This document shows positions 25,711 through 33,678 of a stretch of DNA of 64,000 bases, piece after piece; position 1 is the stretch's first letter; every line of letters begins with the position of its first letter. The stretch is from the NCBI GenBank assembly GCA_041664165.1, contig JBAYLH010000005.1, positions 344 through 64,343 on the forward strand, in the 5' to 3' direction. Below the pieces are notes generated by a model, which was given only the letters and a program-made list of their open reading frames with translations, did not search any database and was not told the DNA's origin. Made by a program: the position numbers and the translations under genes. The DNA comes from Candidatus Buchananbacteria bacterium (GTDB taxonomy: Bacteria > Patescibacteriota > Patescibacteriia > Buchananbacterales > UBA6539).

Positions 25711-26910
25711 ATGAATTTAAAGAAAAGAAAAGGCTTTATTTTAATCATGTCAGTTTTGGTTTTATCAACCTTGCTAATGGTCGGAACTTATCTGCTGTCC
25801 AATGCCAATTCGGAAAGCAAAATCTCCAAAGTCCAGTTTCTGGCGACAAAAAATTATTACCTGGCGGAAACCGGCATCCACGATATGATTTGGAAAATTC
25901 AAAATGATGCCGCAACCAGACAGGCTTTTTTGAACGGCACTTTGAGCAGCAGCAATAATATCACTAAAACTAATATCTTCGGCGATGCCGCGGCCAGCTA
26001 CCAAGTCACTGCCGCTAATACCACCACTTCCGAAGCCTGGATTATTGCCACTTCCACTTATCAAATCGGCAATAATATCTCTCAGCGAGTAGTGAAATCA
26101 TACATCAGCAAGGCAACCGGCAGCACTGCCGACTGGGAATTCACCGTTTTCGCCGGCGGGCGAGGCTCCCAGCAAAATGGCAATTTTAATTTTACCGGAT
26201 CAGGAGTAATCCTGACGTCAACCGGTGGCCGGCTTCATGCCAACCAGCTTCTAAAAATTAAAGGCGGCGAATTAAAAATTAATAACGGCGGCATCACTGC
26301 CAGCAATAACATTATCGTCAACGCCGGCGGCAAATTAACCTTAAATAATAGCTATCAAGAGGCTCCCACTAGCACCATTGATACACTGCAAATTGATTTT
26401 GACTCCGCCTTGCCAACCTCTTGGAAAAACCGCGCCGACACAACCTATACCTCGGCTCAATTTTCCAATTTGGCCAATAACACCACTTTAAACGGCATTA
26501 TTTATGTTACCGGCGCCGCCAGCATCACTGGTAAAAATATGACCATTAATGGCGTATTGGTCGCCAGCGGTAATCTTTCCATCACTAACGCCGGCAATAC
26601 TTTTGTAATTAATGCCGATCCGGTCAAAGGCGGCGGGCTTTTATCCAAGGGTAATATCTCAATTACCACTTCGGGCGGCAGCGTAACAGTTAATGGCCTG
26701 ATTTATTCGGGCAATAAACTGAGCATGACCAGCGCCGGAACTAATTTTACTATCAACGGCAGTATGAGCGGTTTTGACGCCGATGTTACCGCCAGCGGCG
26801 GCTCAATAATTTTAAACTATACCCCGGCTAACTTTCAGCCGGTAATAGACCCTACGTATAATTCCACCTCGCCGATAATTCAAATCAACCACTGGGAAGA
26901 ACAATACTAA
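25711..26910 (+). CDS. PilX-like minor pilin (no Glu at +5) with a ~270-aa C-terminal beta-helix-like repeat domain; candidate pilus-tip protein
   Basis: The N-terminus (KGFILIMSVLVLSTLLMVGTYLL ... YYLAETGI) fits a PilX N-terminal domain. The C-terminus is rich in repeated N/G/T/S beta-strand motifs (GKLTLNNSY, NMTINGVLVASGNLSITNAGNTFVINAD, GNISITTSGGSVTVNG ...). Confidence 0.5.
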   Translation: MNLKKRKGFILIMSVLVLSTLLMVGTYLLSNANSESKISKVQFLATKNYYLAETGIHDMIWKIQNDAATRQAFLNGTLSSSNNITKTNIFGDAAASYQVTAANTTTSEAWIIATSTYQIGNNISQRVVKSYISKATGSTADWEFTVFAGGRGSQQNGNFNFTGSGVILTSTGGRLHANQLLKIKGGELKINNGGITASNNIIVNAGGKLTLNNSYQEAPTSTIDTLQIDFDSALPTSWKNRADTTYTSAQFSNLANNTTLNGIIYVTGAASITGKNMTINGVLVASGNLSITNAGNTFVINADPVKGGGLLSKGNISITTSGGSVTVNGLIYSGNKLSMTSAGTNFTINGSMSGFDADVTASGGSIILNYTPANFQPVIDPTYNSTSPIIQINHWEEQY

Positions 26911-26951
26911 ATTTAATTGTTTAATTATTTCATCACTGATATAATAGATAT

Positions 26952-28010
26952 ATGATTTTTGATGTCAATAAAAATATTTTCGGCCTTGATATTAGCGATC
27001 GGGCCTTACGGCTTGTCCAGCTCAAAAAATCGGGAAATAAAATAATCCTGGCTTCTTATAATGCCTTAGAAATACCGGCTGATGTTATCGCCGGCGGCGA
27101 AATCAAGCAAGAAGAAAAACTAGCTGAACTAATCAAAAAATTAGTTAAGACAGCTAACGGTAAAAAAATTAAGACAAAAAATACGGTAACCGTCTTGCCG
27201 GAAACTAAAACTTTTATTAAAGTAATCGATGTTCCTTCGGTTGGCAACGATGAAGAGCTGGCCGAAATTATCAAAGAAGAAATTAAAAATCATATTCCGC
27301 TGAGCTCAGACGAAATCTACTTGGATTGGCAAATTTTAGCAAAACAATCAGGATCAACAAAAGTGCTAATTGGCGCCGCTCCGAAATACATCGTTGATTC
27401 TTATTTCTCCGTGATCGAAAAAAGCGGCCTCGTGCCTTATGCTTTGGAGATCGAATCAGCGGCAATTGTCCGCAGCTTATTTGCCAAAGATGATAAAACC
27501 GCCAAAATTATTGTTGATTTCGGCGCCGTCCGGACCGGTTTAATTATTTATAGCCAAAAGGCAATCCCTTTCACTATCACTCTGCCGATTTCCGGCAATA
27601 AAATTACGGATACCATTGCTACAACTTTAAAGCTAGACCCGCTAAAAGCCGAGAAAGCTAAAATTGTCTGCGGTCTTGATCCAAAAAAATGCGAAGGCGC
27701 ATTGCTGAAAATTCTGCTTAAACCGATCCAAAGTATCGCTGACCAGATCAAAAAAGCGATAATTTTTTATAAAAGTAATTTCTCAATCAATAATGAAATT
27801 TCCGAAGTCATCCTTTGCGGCGGCGGCGCTAATTTTTCTAATATCGACAAAATTCTGGCCGAAAAATTAAATCTGACAGTAAAAATCGGCAATCCCCTGA
27901 CTAATATTGCAAAAACTAAAAAAATCAAAATCCCGCCAGATAAAATTTTATCCTATACTACGGCAATCGGCCTGGCCCTGAGGGCTTTTCAAAAAAAAGA
28001 CGTAATATGA
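26952..28010 (+). CDS. pilM: type IV pilus assembly protein PilM (actin-like ATPase fold)
   Basis: FGLDISDRALRLVQL N-terminus, an actin/FtsA-like fold, and the CGGGAN segment. Confidence 0.8.
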   Translation: MIFDVNKNIFGLDISDRALRLVQLKKSGNKIILASYNALEIPADVIAGGEIKQEEKLAELIKKLVKTANGKKIKTKNTVTVLPETKTFIKVIDVPSVGNDEELAEIIKEEIKNHIPLSSDEIYLDWQILAKQSGSTKVLIGAAPKYIVDSYFSVIEKSGLVPYALEIESAAIVRSLFAKDDKTAKIIVDFGAVRTGLIIYSQKAIPFTITLPISGNKITDTIATTLKLDPLKAEKAKIVCGLDPKKCEGALLKILLKPIQSIADQIKKAIIFYKSNFSINNEISEVILCGGGANFSNIDKILAEKLNLTVKIGNPLTNIAKTKKIKIPPDKILSYTTAIGLALRAFQKKDVI

Positions 28011-28549
28011 TTACCCTTAACTTAATTTCACCGGAAAAAAAGCAGGAGCTCCGCTTGACCCAGCTTTATTTAGTGATCAAAAATTTAATTATTTTAGTTC
28101 TGCTTTTAACTATCATGATCGGCATCGTTCTTTTAGTCACCAAGGCAATACTGCAAAATTATTTTAATGACGTAATAAATGAAACGACGCTGACCACCAA
28201 GTACGCTTCGATTTTTAATAAGGAGCTTAAAGAATTCAATAAACAGATCCGATCGGTGGAAAGCATCCAGAAAAATTATATTTCCTGGCCTAATTTCTTT
28301 ATTGATTTCGCCAAACTGATACCAACCGATGTTAAAATTAATGATTTTACCATTAATAACAACAAAATATTAATCACTGGCGACGCCAAAACCAGGGAAA
28401 AACTCTTAGAGTTTAAAGGCAATTTGGAAAAATCAAACCTTTTGAGCAACGTGGCGATTCCTTTGGAAAATTTGCTTAAAAAAGTTGATGTTGTTTTCAA
28501 TGTTAAGGCTGATATTAATTTGGACAAAATAAAAAACTATGAAAATTAA
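28007..28549 (+). CDS. pilN: PilN-like pilus assembly protein
   Basis: A single N-terminal TM segment and a position and size typical of PilN. It overlaps pilM by 4 nt. Confidence 0.55.
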   Translation: MITLNLISPEKKQELRLTQLYLVIKNLIILVLLLTIMIGIVLLVTKAILQNYFNDVINETTLTTKYASIFNKELKEFNKQIRSVESIQKNYISWPNFFIDFAKLIPTDVKINDFTINNNKILITGDAKTREKLLEFKGNLEKSNLLSNVAIPLENLLKKVDVVFNVKADINLDKIKNYEN

Positions 28550-29081
28550 ACAAAAAATCATTATATTTTTAGCCATAGTTTTGTTTATTACCGGCTTAGT
28601 TATTTATTTCGTAATTTTACCAACCGTTAATGACATAAAAAAAATCAGCAGCGATATTTATGCCGAAAGAATCGACTTGGAAAAAAAATACCAGCGAGGC
28701 CAGCTGCTCAAAAAAACTATCGCCGATTTTGAAAAAATTAAACCCCAAAAAGACAGATTATCCAGTATTTTTATCGTTAGCGGCAATGAATTAAAATTTA
28801 TTACCGACTTGGAAGAAATCGCCGCTTTGCATAAATTGACCCAAAATCTCAATTTACAGCCGATAAAAAATTTAGAAGACGGGAGCTTCTACTCTTCGCC
28901 TTTGGAAATCAAAACTTTAGGCGGGTTTACCGAAACCCTGAAATACCTTAAAGACTTAGAAAAATTAACTTACTATTTCAATATTTCTTCTCTGGAGTTC
29001 AGATCCGACGACCAGACTGGCTTAATCAGTAACACTGTCTCAGGAAAAATTTATTTTACAGAAGATCAAACGAAACAATAA
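28539..29081 (+). CDS. pilO: PilO-like pilus assembly protein
   Basis: Single TM segment, coiled-coil, then an alpha/beta domain. The gene order matches pilMNO. Confidence 0.5.
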   Translation: MKIKQKIIIFLAIVLFITGLVIYFVILPTVNDIKKISSDIYAERIDLEKKYQRGQLLKKTIADFEKIKPQKDRLSSIFIVSGNELKFITDLEEIAALHKLTQNLNLQPIKNLEDGSFYSSPLEIKTLGGFTETLKYLKDLEKLTYYFNISSLEFRSDDQTGLISNTVSGKIYFTEDQTKQ

Positions 29082-29082
29082 T

Positions 29083-29439
29083 ATGACATTTAAACTGCCA
29101 AAAATAAAAATATTTAATGTCTTGCTTTCTTTGAAATATTTTTATTTCCTGATGCTTCTCTTGGTAATTGCCGTATTAATTTTTGTCGGTCTGTTCCTCT
29201 ACAAAAATTTTTACCAGACCATCACTCAGTCGCAAGAAATTATCCTCCTCAGGCAAGAAGTGGCTCCTGACGTGATAAATATGGATAAGGTTGAAAAAAT
29301 TCTGAAACTTTTAGATCAGAAAGCTACTACCACTGAAGAAATAAACTGGCAAGACGTCAAAAACCCTTTTATTTTTCAAACCGCGCCAAAAATTGAATCT
29401 CCGGAAATATCAGCTAACCCGCCAGCGGTTAAAAACTAA
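29083..29439 (+). CDS. small bitopic membrane protein at the end of the pilus operon (PilP-like position)
   Basis: One TM helix and no recognisable family. Confidence 0.35.
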   Translation: MTFKLPKIKIFNVLLSLKYFYFLMLLLVIAVLIFVGLFLYKNFYQTITQSQEIILLRQEVAPDVINMDKVEKILKLLDQKATTTEEINWQDVKNPFIFQTAPKIESPEISANPPAVKN

Positions 29440-29457
29440 AAAAATAAACATCAAAAA

Positions 29458-29489
29458 ACACCCCCGGCAAAAGCCGAGGTGTTTTTTTA
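29458..29489. terminator. Rho-independent terminator between the pilus operon and iscS (bidirectional context)
   Basis: acacccccggc aaaa gccgaggtgt followed by ttttttt. Confidence 0.6.
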
Positions 29490-29511
29490 TTGCTCCCAAT
29501 GCAATACTTCT

Positions 29512-30669
29512 TTATTTTATTGGCGATATTTTTCTTAATTTTTCTACAATTCCAGGCAAAACCTTTAGCAGCTGGTCAATATCTTTTTCCGGATTAAATT
29601 TACCCAGGGTAATTCTTAAACTGCCGTGAGCCAACAGCGGCTCCAGCCCCAGGCTCATTAAAACGTGAGACGGCTTAAGCGAACCGGAAGAACAGGCCGA
29701 ACCGGTCGAAACCGCAATTCCCGCCTGGTCTAAAAGCAAAAGCAGGCTTTCTCCTTCAACGCCCCTGAAACTGAAATGAGCATTGCCGGGTACTCGCTTT
29801 TTCAAATCACCATTGACTTGAGCATTAGGCACCGCCTTGATAATGCCGTCAATTAATTTATCTCTGAGTTTCTTAATTTTTTCATTATTCTCTTTTTCTA
29901 AAGCGACTAGCTCAATCGCCTTGCCTAAGCCGATAATCCCGGTAACATTCAAAGTTCCCGGCCGAATGCCGGACTCATGATGGCCGCCAAATTGAATCGG
30001 CCGTAGTGGCACCACGGTTTTTTTGTATAAAGCGCCGATGCCCTTGGGGGCGTAAATTTTATGGCCGGATAGAGAAAGCAAATCAACTCCAAGTTTATCA
30101 ACATTCATCTCGCAATAGTTAACCGCTTGGACAGCATCGGTGTGAAAATAAATTTTTTCTTTTCTTTGCTGATTCAACTCCTTAATCATTTGGCCGATTT
30201 CGGCAATTGGCTGAATCGTGCCGATTTCATTATTAACGTACATAATTGAAACCAGCCTGGTATTTTCTTTAATCGCTTTTCTGACGGCTTCAACTGAAAC
30301 TAAGCCTTCGCGGGAAACGCCGAGATAAGTTACTTCCACCCCTCTTTTTTCCATTTCCCGGCAAGGTTCCAAAATCGCCGGATGCTCAATTTCGGCAGTG
30401 ATAATATGTTCTCCGGATTTAGCCAGGCCCAAAATAACTAAGTTATCGCTTTCCGTCGCTCCGGAGGTAAAAATCACTTCATTGGTTTTGCCGCCTAAAA
30501 AATCAGCAATCTTTTCCCTGGCCTCATCAACGGCGGCCATTGCTTTTTGGCCGAAAAGATGAATCGAAGAAGCATTACCGAAATCCTCGCTAAAATACGG
30601 CAGTATCGCCGCCAATACTTTTGGATCAACTGGCGTTGTCGCTGAATGATCAAAATAAACCCTAGCCAT
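29512..30669 (-). CDS. iscS: cysteine desulfurase (IscS/NifS)
   Basis: PLP fold with SGHK lysine and C-terminal SSGSACSSGS active-site Cys loop. The start is taken at the Met of MARVYFDHS; the track ORF extends to 30687. Confidence 0.85.
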   Translation of the reverse strand: MARVYFDHSATTPVDPKVLAAILPYFSEDFGNASSIHLFGQKAMAAVDEAREKIADFLGGKTNEVIFTSGATESDNLVILGLAKSGEHIITAEIEHPAILEPCREMEKRGVEVTYLGVSREGLVSVEAVRKAIKENTRLVSIMYVNNEIGTIQPIAEIGQMIKELNQQRKEKIYFHTDAVQAVNYCEMNVDKLGVDLLSLSGHKIYAPKGIGALYKKTVVPLRPIQFGGHHESGIRPGTLNVTGIIGLGKAIELVALEKENNEKIKKLRDKLIDGIIKAVPNAQVNGDLKKRVPGNAHFSFRGVEGESLLLLLDQAGIAVSTGSACSSGSLKPSHVLMSLGLEPLLAHGSLRITLGKFNPEKDIDQLLKVLPGIVEKLRKISPIK

Positions 30670-30673
30670 ACAA

Positions 30674-30898
30674 TTAAACTGATTCAATTTCTTTAACCCC
30701 TTTGACTTTGCTTTTTAAAGCCCGGCCGATGCCTTCCTGCAAAGTCATTTGCGACATCGGGCAGCAAGAACAGGCGCCTTGCAGCTTGAGTTTAACCACG
30801 CCGCTCTTTTCGTCAAAATCAATAAATTCAACGTCCCCGCCGTCGGCCTGCAAACTCGGCCTGATTTCGTCTAAAACTTTTTTAATTTCGTCTTTCAT
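30674..30898 (-). CDS. nfu: NifU C-terminal domain Fe-S protein (Nfu)
   Basis: LQGACSCCPMS CxxC motif inside a Nfu fold, 74 aa. Confidence 0.8.
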   Translation of the reverse strand: MKDEIKKVLDEIRPSLQADGGDVEFIDFDEKSGVVKLKLQGACSCCPMSQMTLQEGIGRALKSKVKGVKEIESV

Positions 30899-30918
30899 AA
30901 TTTTTTAGCTTTTAGCTA

Positions 30919-30964
30919 TTAGCTTATAGCATGTAGAACCCTCGCTCTAAAAACTATAAGCTAA
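30919..30964. promoter_or_regulatory. perfect 11-bp inverted repeat hairpin (ttagcttatag ... ctataagctaa) inside the isc operon, between iscU and nfu
   Basis: Read directly from the sequence. The loop is 24 nt. The motif TAGCTTATAGC recurs at 17475-17500 and 58700-58745. Confidence 0.6.
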
Positions 30965-30967
30965 CAG

Positions 30968-31417
30968 CTAATGCAATTCCTCCGCAACTTTAAAATTCTT
31001 AATTTCCGGATAGTTATCTAAAACTCCCTGGTCGCGCAAATAATTTTCTATCGCTACTTTTAAGGCGTCAGAAGCTAAAACCGAACAATGGAGCTTAACC
31101 GGCGGCAATTCGCCTAAGCCTTTGACAATATCGGCTTTCTCCAAACCAAAAGCCTGTTTTAGACTTTGACCTTTGACCATGTCAGTTGAAACCGAAGAAC
31201 AGGCAATGGCCGCGGCGCAACCCAAGGTTTCAAATTTAACATCACTAATTTTGTCTTGTAGCCGATCACCAGAATCGGCCTTAGTAATTTTTAAATAAAT
31301 TTTCATCATGTCGCCGCAAAGCGGATTACCGACTTCGCCGACGGCGTCGGCACCGGGTATTTGACCCTGGTTATGCGGATTTTGAAAATGGTCCATGACC
31401 AATTTGGAATAAGCCAT
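30968..31417 (-). CDS. iscU: Fe-S cluster scaffold protein IscU/SufU
   Basis: The three conserved cysteines lie in GNPLCGD, ETLGCAAAIA and KLHCSVLA. Confidence 0.85.
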   Translation of the reverse strand: MAYSKLVMDHFQNPHNQGQIPGADAVGEVGNPLCGDMMKIYLKITKADSGDRLQDKISDVKFETLGCAAAIACSSVSTDMVKGQSLKQAFGLEKADIVKGLGELPPVKLHCSVLASDALKVAIENYLRDQGVLDNYPEIKNFKVAEELH

Positions 31418-31421
31418 ATAA

Positions 31422-31844
31422 TTAAATTAAATCTTTTAAACTTATCTTTCTAAGTGAATCAGCAATCGCCTTTTGTACCTTTTGATAAACTTGGGCTGAA
31501 GGGCAGGCTTTAACCCCGCAAACAACCTTACCCTTAGAATTAACGCAATGAAAGACCGAAATTGACCCCTCTAGGGTCGAAATTACGTCAAAAATGGCGA
31601 TTTGCGCCGGGTCTTTAGTCAATTGATAGCCACCGGCCATTCCTTTTGAACTCATCACCAAACCAGCCCTTTTTAACTGCGCAAAAAGGCGTTCCAAATA
31701 AGCTTGCGAGATTTTTTCTTCCCGGGCGATTTTGGCTAAAGAGTATGGCTTTTTGGCCGCCTGGCCTCGGCGAGGCTGGTTGTAATTTTTGGCTAAATGG
31801 CTTAAAGCCCTCAGTCCGTAGGAAGAACGGGTGGAAAATTTCAT
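31422..31844 (-). CDS. iscR: Rrf2-family transcriptional regulator (IscR-like)
   Basis: Rrf2 HTH (YGLRAL ... ISQAYLERLFAQLKRAGLV) plus a three-Cys cluster CVNSKGKVVCGVKACP. It is the first gene of the isc operon. Confidence 0.75.
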   Translation of the reverse strand: MKFSTRSSYGLRALSHLAKNYNQPRRGQAAKKPYSLAKIAREEKISQAYLERLFAQLKRAGLVMSSKGMAGGYQLTKDPAQIAIFDVISTLEGSISVFHCVNSKGKVVCGVKACPSAQVYQKVQKAIADSLRKISLKDLI

Positions 31845-31857
31845 AAATAAACTTTAA

Positions 31858-31911
31858 CACCAACTAAAATGGTTGGTATTTACATTTTAGCATAAAAAAA
31901 AATCCTGTCAA
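31858..31911 (-). promoter_or_regulatory. isc operon promoter (TTGACA, 16 nt, TGcTAAAAT extended -10) with a palindromic operator (ACCAAC TAAAATG GTTGGT) downstream of the -10
   Basis: The -35 and -10 elements were read as reverse complements at 31906-31911 and 31884-31892. The palindrome at 31858-31876 is a candidate autoregulatory site for the Rrf2 regulator. Confidence 0.45.
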
Positions 31912-31933
31912 GCCTCTGATTGTAAATAAGCAA

Positions 31934-32743
31934 TTATTTGCTGACTATAATTACCACCTTTCTCCCCTGCGCCATTTCGGCGTCAGTCATGCCGCCGCTA
32001 GCCAGCTCGTGATTCCAATCGTGAACCGCGTTAATCAGGGTTTGATATTTATAACGATAACCGGCTCCGTTTCTGGTACCGGGGTCATTAGTGATAAACT
32101 CGCCCCTGGCTTCGTCATAACCGCGGGCAACTAGCATGTGGTAAATCGGGCCTGGCGGTTTAAAATTGGGATTGCCCAAAAGCCGGCCGGCGGCGGGAAT
32201 AATAATCAAATTCCCGGCCAGTAACTCCTTTTTAATTCTGGCAACCGTCACTTCGCTTGTTACTTCGGCTTTTAAGCTAAAATAACTTTTCAAAATTACC
32301 GTCGCTTCACTGGCCGTCACGTCAACTTGATAGCCATTTTGTTCTTCCCATTTTACCAAATTTAAAATCCCCTGTTCCATCAAATGGGCGCTCAGCGGCT
32401 CGCCCTTGAAATACTTTGCCGTCATAATCATGGCGGCTTCTTCGCAGGCTTCTTCGTGCAACGCATCCCAATTGGCAAGCGGCGCTTGAGACGCAAAAGC
32501 TACCGGATAATCCAAAAATTTCGACGGTTCGCTATTGGTTTCTGGCTTGGGTTTTTCTGCCTCAACTTTCGCGGTGGAAGTGGCTTTGACTGGCTCAACT
32601 GTTTCCGGCGGCAAAGCCGGCGTTGAAGTTACCGATGAATCTTTATCTTGACTGACCAACTTACCAGCTTTATCTTGACTGGCCGTCTGGCAGCCAGCCA
32701 AAAGCAAAATAGGCAAAATTAACCATAAATACTTGATTTTCAT
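31934..32743 (-). CDS. lipoprotein with a putative C39-like/papain-fold peptidase domain
   Basis: Lipobox LLLAGC. A Pro/Thr/Glu/Lys-rich linker is followed by a ~190-aa domain with Cys and His residues arranged like YvpB/C39_2. The similarity is weak. Confidence 0.3.
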   Translation of the reverse strand: MKIKYLWLILPILLLAGCQTASQDKAGKLVSQDKDSSVTSTPALPPETVEPVKATSTAKVEAEKPKPETNSEPSKFLDYPVAFASQAPLANWDALHEEACEEAAMIMTAKYFKGEPLSAHLMEQGILNLVKWEEQNGYQVDVTASEATVILKSYFSLKAEVTSEVTVARIKKELLAGNLIIIPAAGRLLGNPNFKPPGPIYHMLVARGYDEARGEFITNDPGTRNGAGYRYKYQTLINAVHDWNHELASGGMTDAEMAQGRKVVIIVSK

Positions 32744-32773
32744 ACTATAATAGTATATACCAATTAGCCTGGC

Positions 32774-32802
32774 TTGACAATTCGCCTTTGATAAGTTATA
32801 TT
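32774..32802 (+). promoter_or_regulatory. rpmA promoter
   Basis: TTGACA, a 17-nt spacer, then TATATT. Confidence 0.45.
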
Positions 32803-32851
32803 ACTTTCATCCCTAATTTTTAATTTCCTATTTTCTAAAACCTAAAACAAT

Positions 32852-33133
32852 ATGGCACATAAGAAAGCCGGTGGTTCCACTAGTTTGGGCCGCGATTCCC
32901 AGTCTAAAAGATTAGGCGTAAAAATTTACGAAGGTCAGCATACCAATGCCGGCAATATTTTGATCAGACAAAGAGGCACTAAAATTCGGCCGGGACAAAA
33001 TGTCAGACGAGGCGAAGACGACACGCTCTACGCCGCAATTGCCGGTTTCGTTAAATTCAGCCGGAAAAAAGTAAAAAAATTCACCGGCAAATTGGAATGG
33101 GTGAAATTAATCAATGTCTTTCCGAAAAAATAA
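32852..33133 (+). CDS. rpmA: 50S ribosomal protein L27
   Basis: [16 protein letters not shown] ... a canonical bL27 N-terminus, with a C-terminal extension. Confidence 0.9.
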   Translation: MAHKKAGGSTSLGRDSQSKRLGVKIYEGQHTNAGNILIRQRGTKIRPGQNVRRGEDDTLYAAIAGFVKFSRKKVKKFTGKLEWVKLINVFPKK

Positions 33134-33162
33134 CCTTTTCTTCAAAATCTACCAACAAATAG

Positions 33163-33188
33163 ACCCGCGAAAGCGGGCTATTTTTTTA
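33163..33188 (+). terminator. rpmA Rho-independent terminator
   Basis: gacccgc gaaa gcgggc followed by tattttttt. Confidence 0.65.
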
Positions 33189-33214
33189 GGACTAAAAGCA
33201 CTGATTTTTTAAAC

Positions 33215-33249
33215 AAAAAAAAGACGACCTCTTTTGTAGGTGGGTCGTC
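33215..33249 (-). terminator. terminator of the small minus-strand gene
   Basis: Minus strand: gacgaccc acctacaaaagag gtcgtc followed by tttttttt. Confidence 0.6.
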
Positions 33250-33270
33250 GTAGCTTTCGTGAAAGCAACC

Positions 33271-33462
33271 TTATCCGAATAGGACGTCGTAGGCTTTACG
33301 CGCCTGTTTCCTTCTCCGCCAAAAAGCGGCTTCAAAAACACTTCCATTCCAACCGTCAGGCGTCCACCACTCAGCATCATGATTCTGGCCGCCCCTTTGA
33401 ATCATGTAGCCGGCTGCGACTTTTTTAGTCACAAATGGCTTCCTATCATTCGTCGCTTCCAT
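33271..33462 (-). CDS. 63-aa Trp/Arg-rich protein of unknown function with its own promoter, strong Shine-Dalgarno site and terminator
   Basis: Shine-Dalgarno AAGGAGGT 7 nt before ATG. Promoter TTGACA (17 nt) TAGAGT at 33529-33557 (minus strand). Terminator at 33215-33249. About 50% GC. Confidence 0.5.
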   Translation of the reverse strand: MEATNDRKPFVTKKVAAGYMIQRGGQNHDAEWWTPDGWNGSVFEAAFWRRRKQARKAYDVLFG

Positions 33463-33528
33463 CGCTCTCTACCTCCTTATTGAAGCCGATTTTGGCCTCA
33501 GACGTTAACTACTGGACCGAAACATCTT

Positions 33529-33557
33529 ACTCTATCATAAATCAGACTACTTGTCAA
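33529..33557 (-). promoter_or_regulatory. promoter of the 63-aa gene
   Basis: Reverse complement reads TTGACA agtagtctgatttatga TAGAGT. Confidence 0.45.
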
Positions 33558-33600
33558 CACGCTGTAGCCTAAGTTCAATGAGTAAGTGCAACACTAACCG

Positions 33601-33676
33601 AAAAGAAGCCAAGCCGGCTTCTCTAGGTTGAAAACTAGGCACTACCCGCAGCATTGCTTCGCGGGTAGTTTTTTTT
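33601..33676. terminator. two hairpins; the plus-strand hairpin+T8 (33642-33676) terminates plus-strand transcription, the minus-strand hairpin+TTTT (33604-33622) is a candidate terminator for the DUF1846 gene
   Basis: Plus strand: ctacccgc agcattgcttc gcgggtag followed by tttttttt. Minus strand: gaagcc ggctt ggcttc followed by tttt. Confidence 0.45.
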
Positions 33677-33678
33677 CG

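Noticed and set aside
33192-33462. Alternative plus-strand ORF (33240-33428) and the 62-aa minus-strand ORF at 33192-33380 in the same spacer
   Set aside because: Only the 33271-33462 minus-strand frame has a Shine-Dalgarno site, a promoter and a terminator correctly placed. The others overlap it without any start signals.
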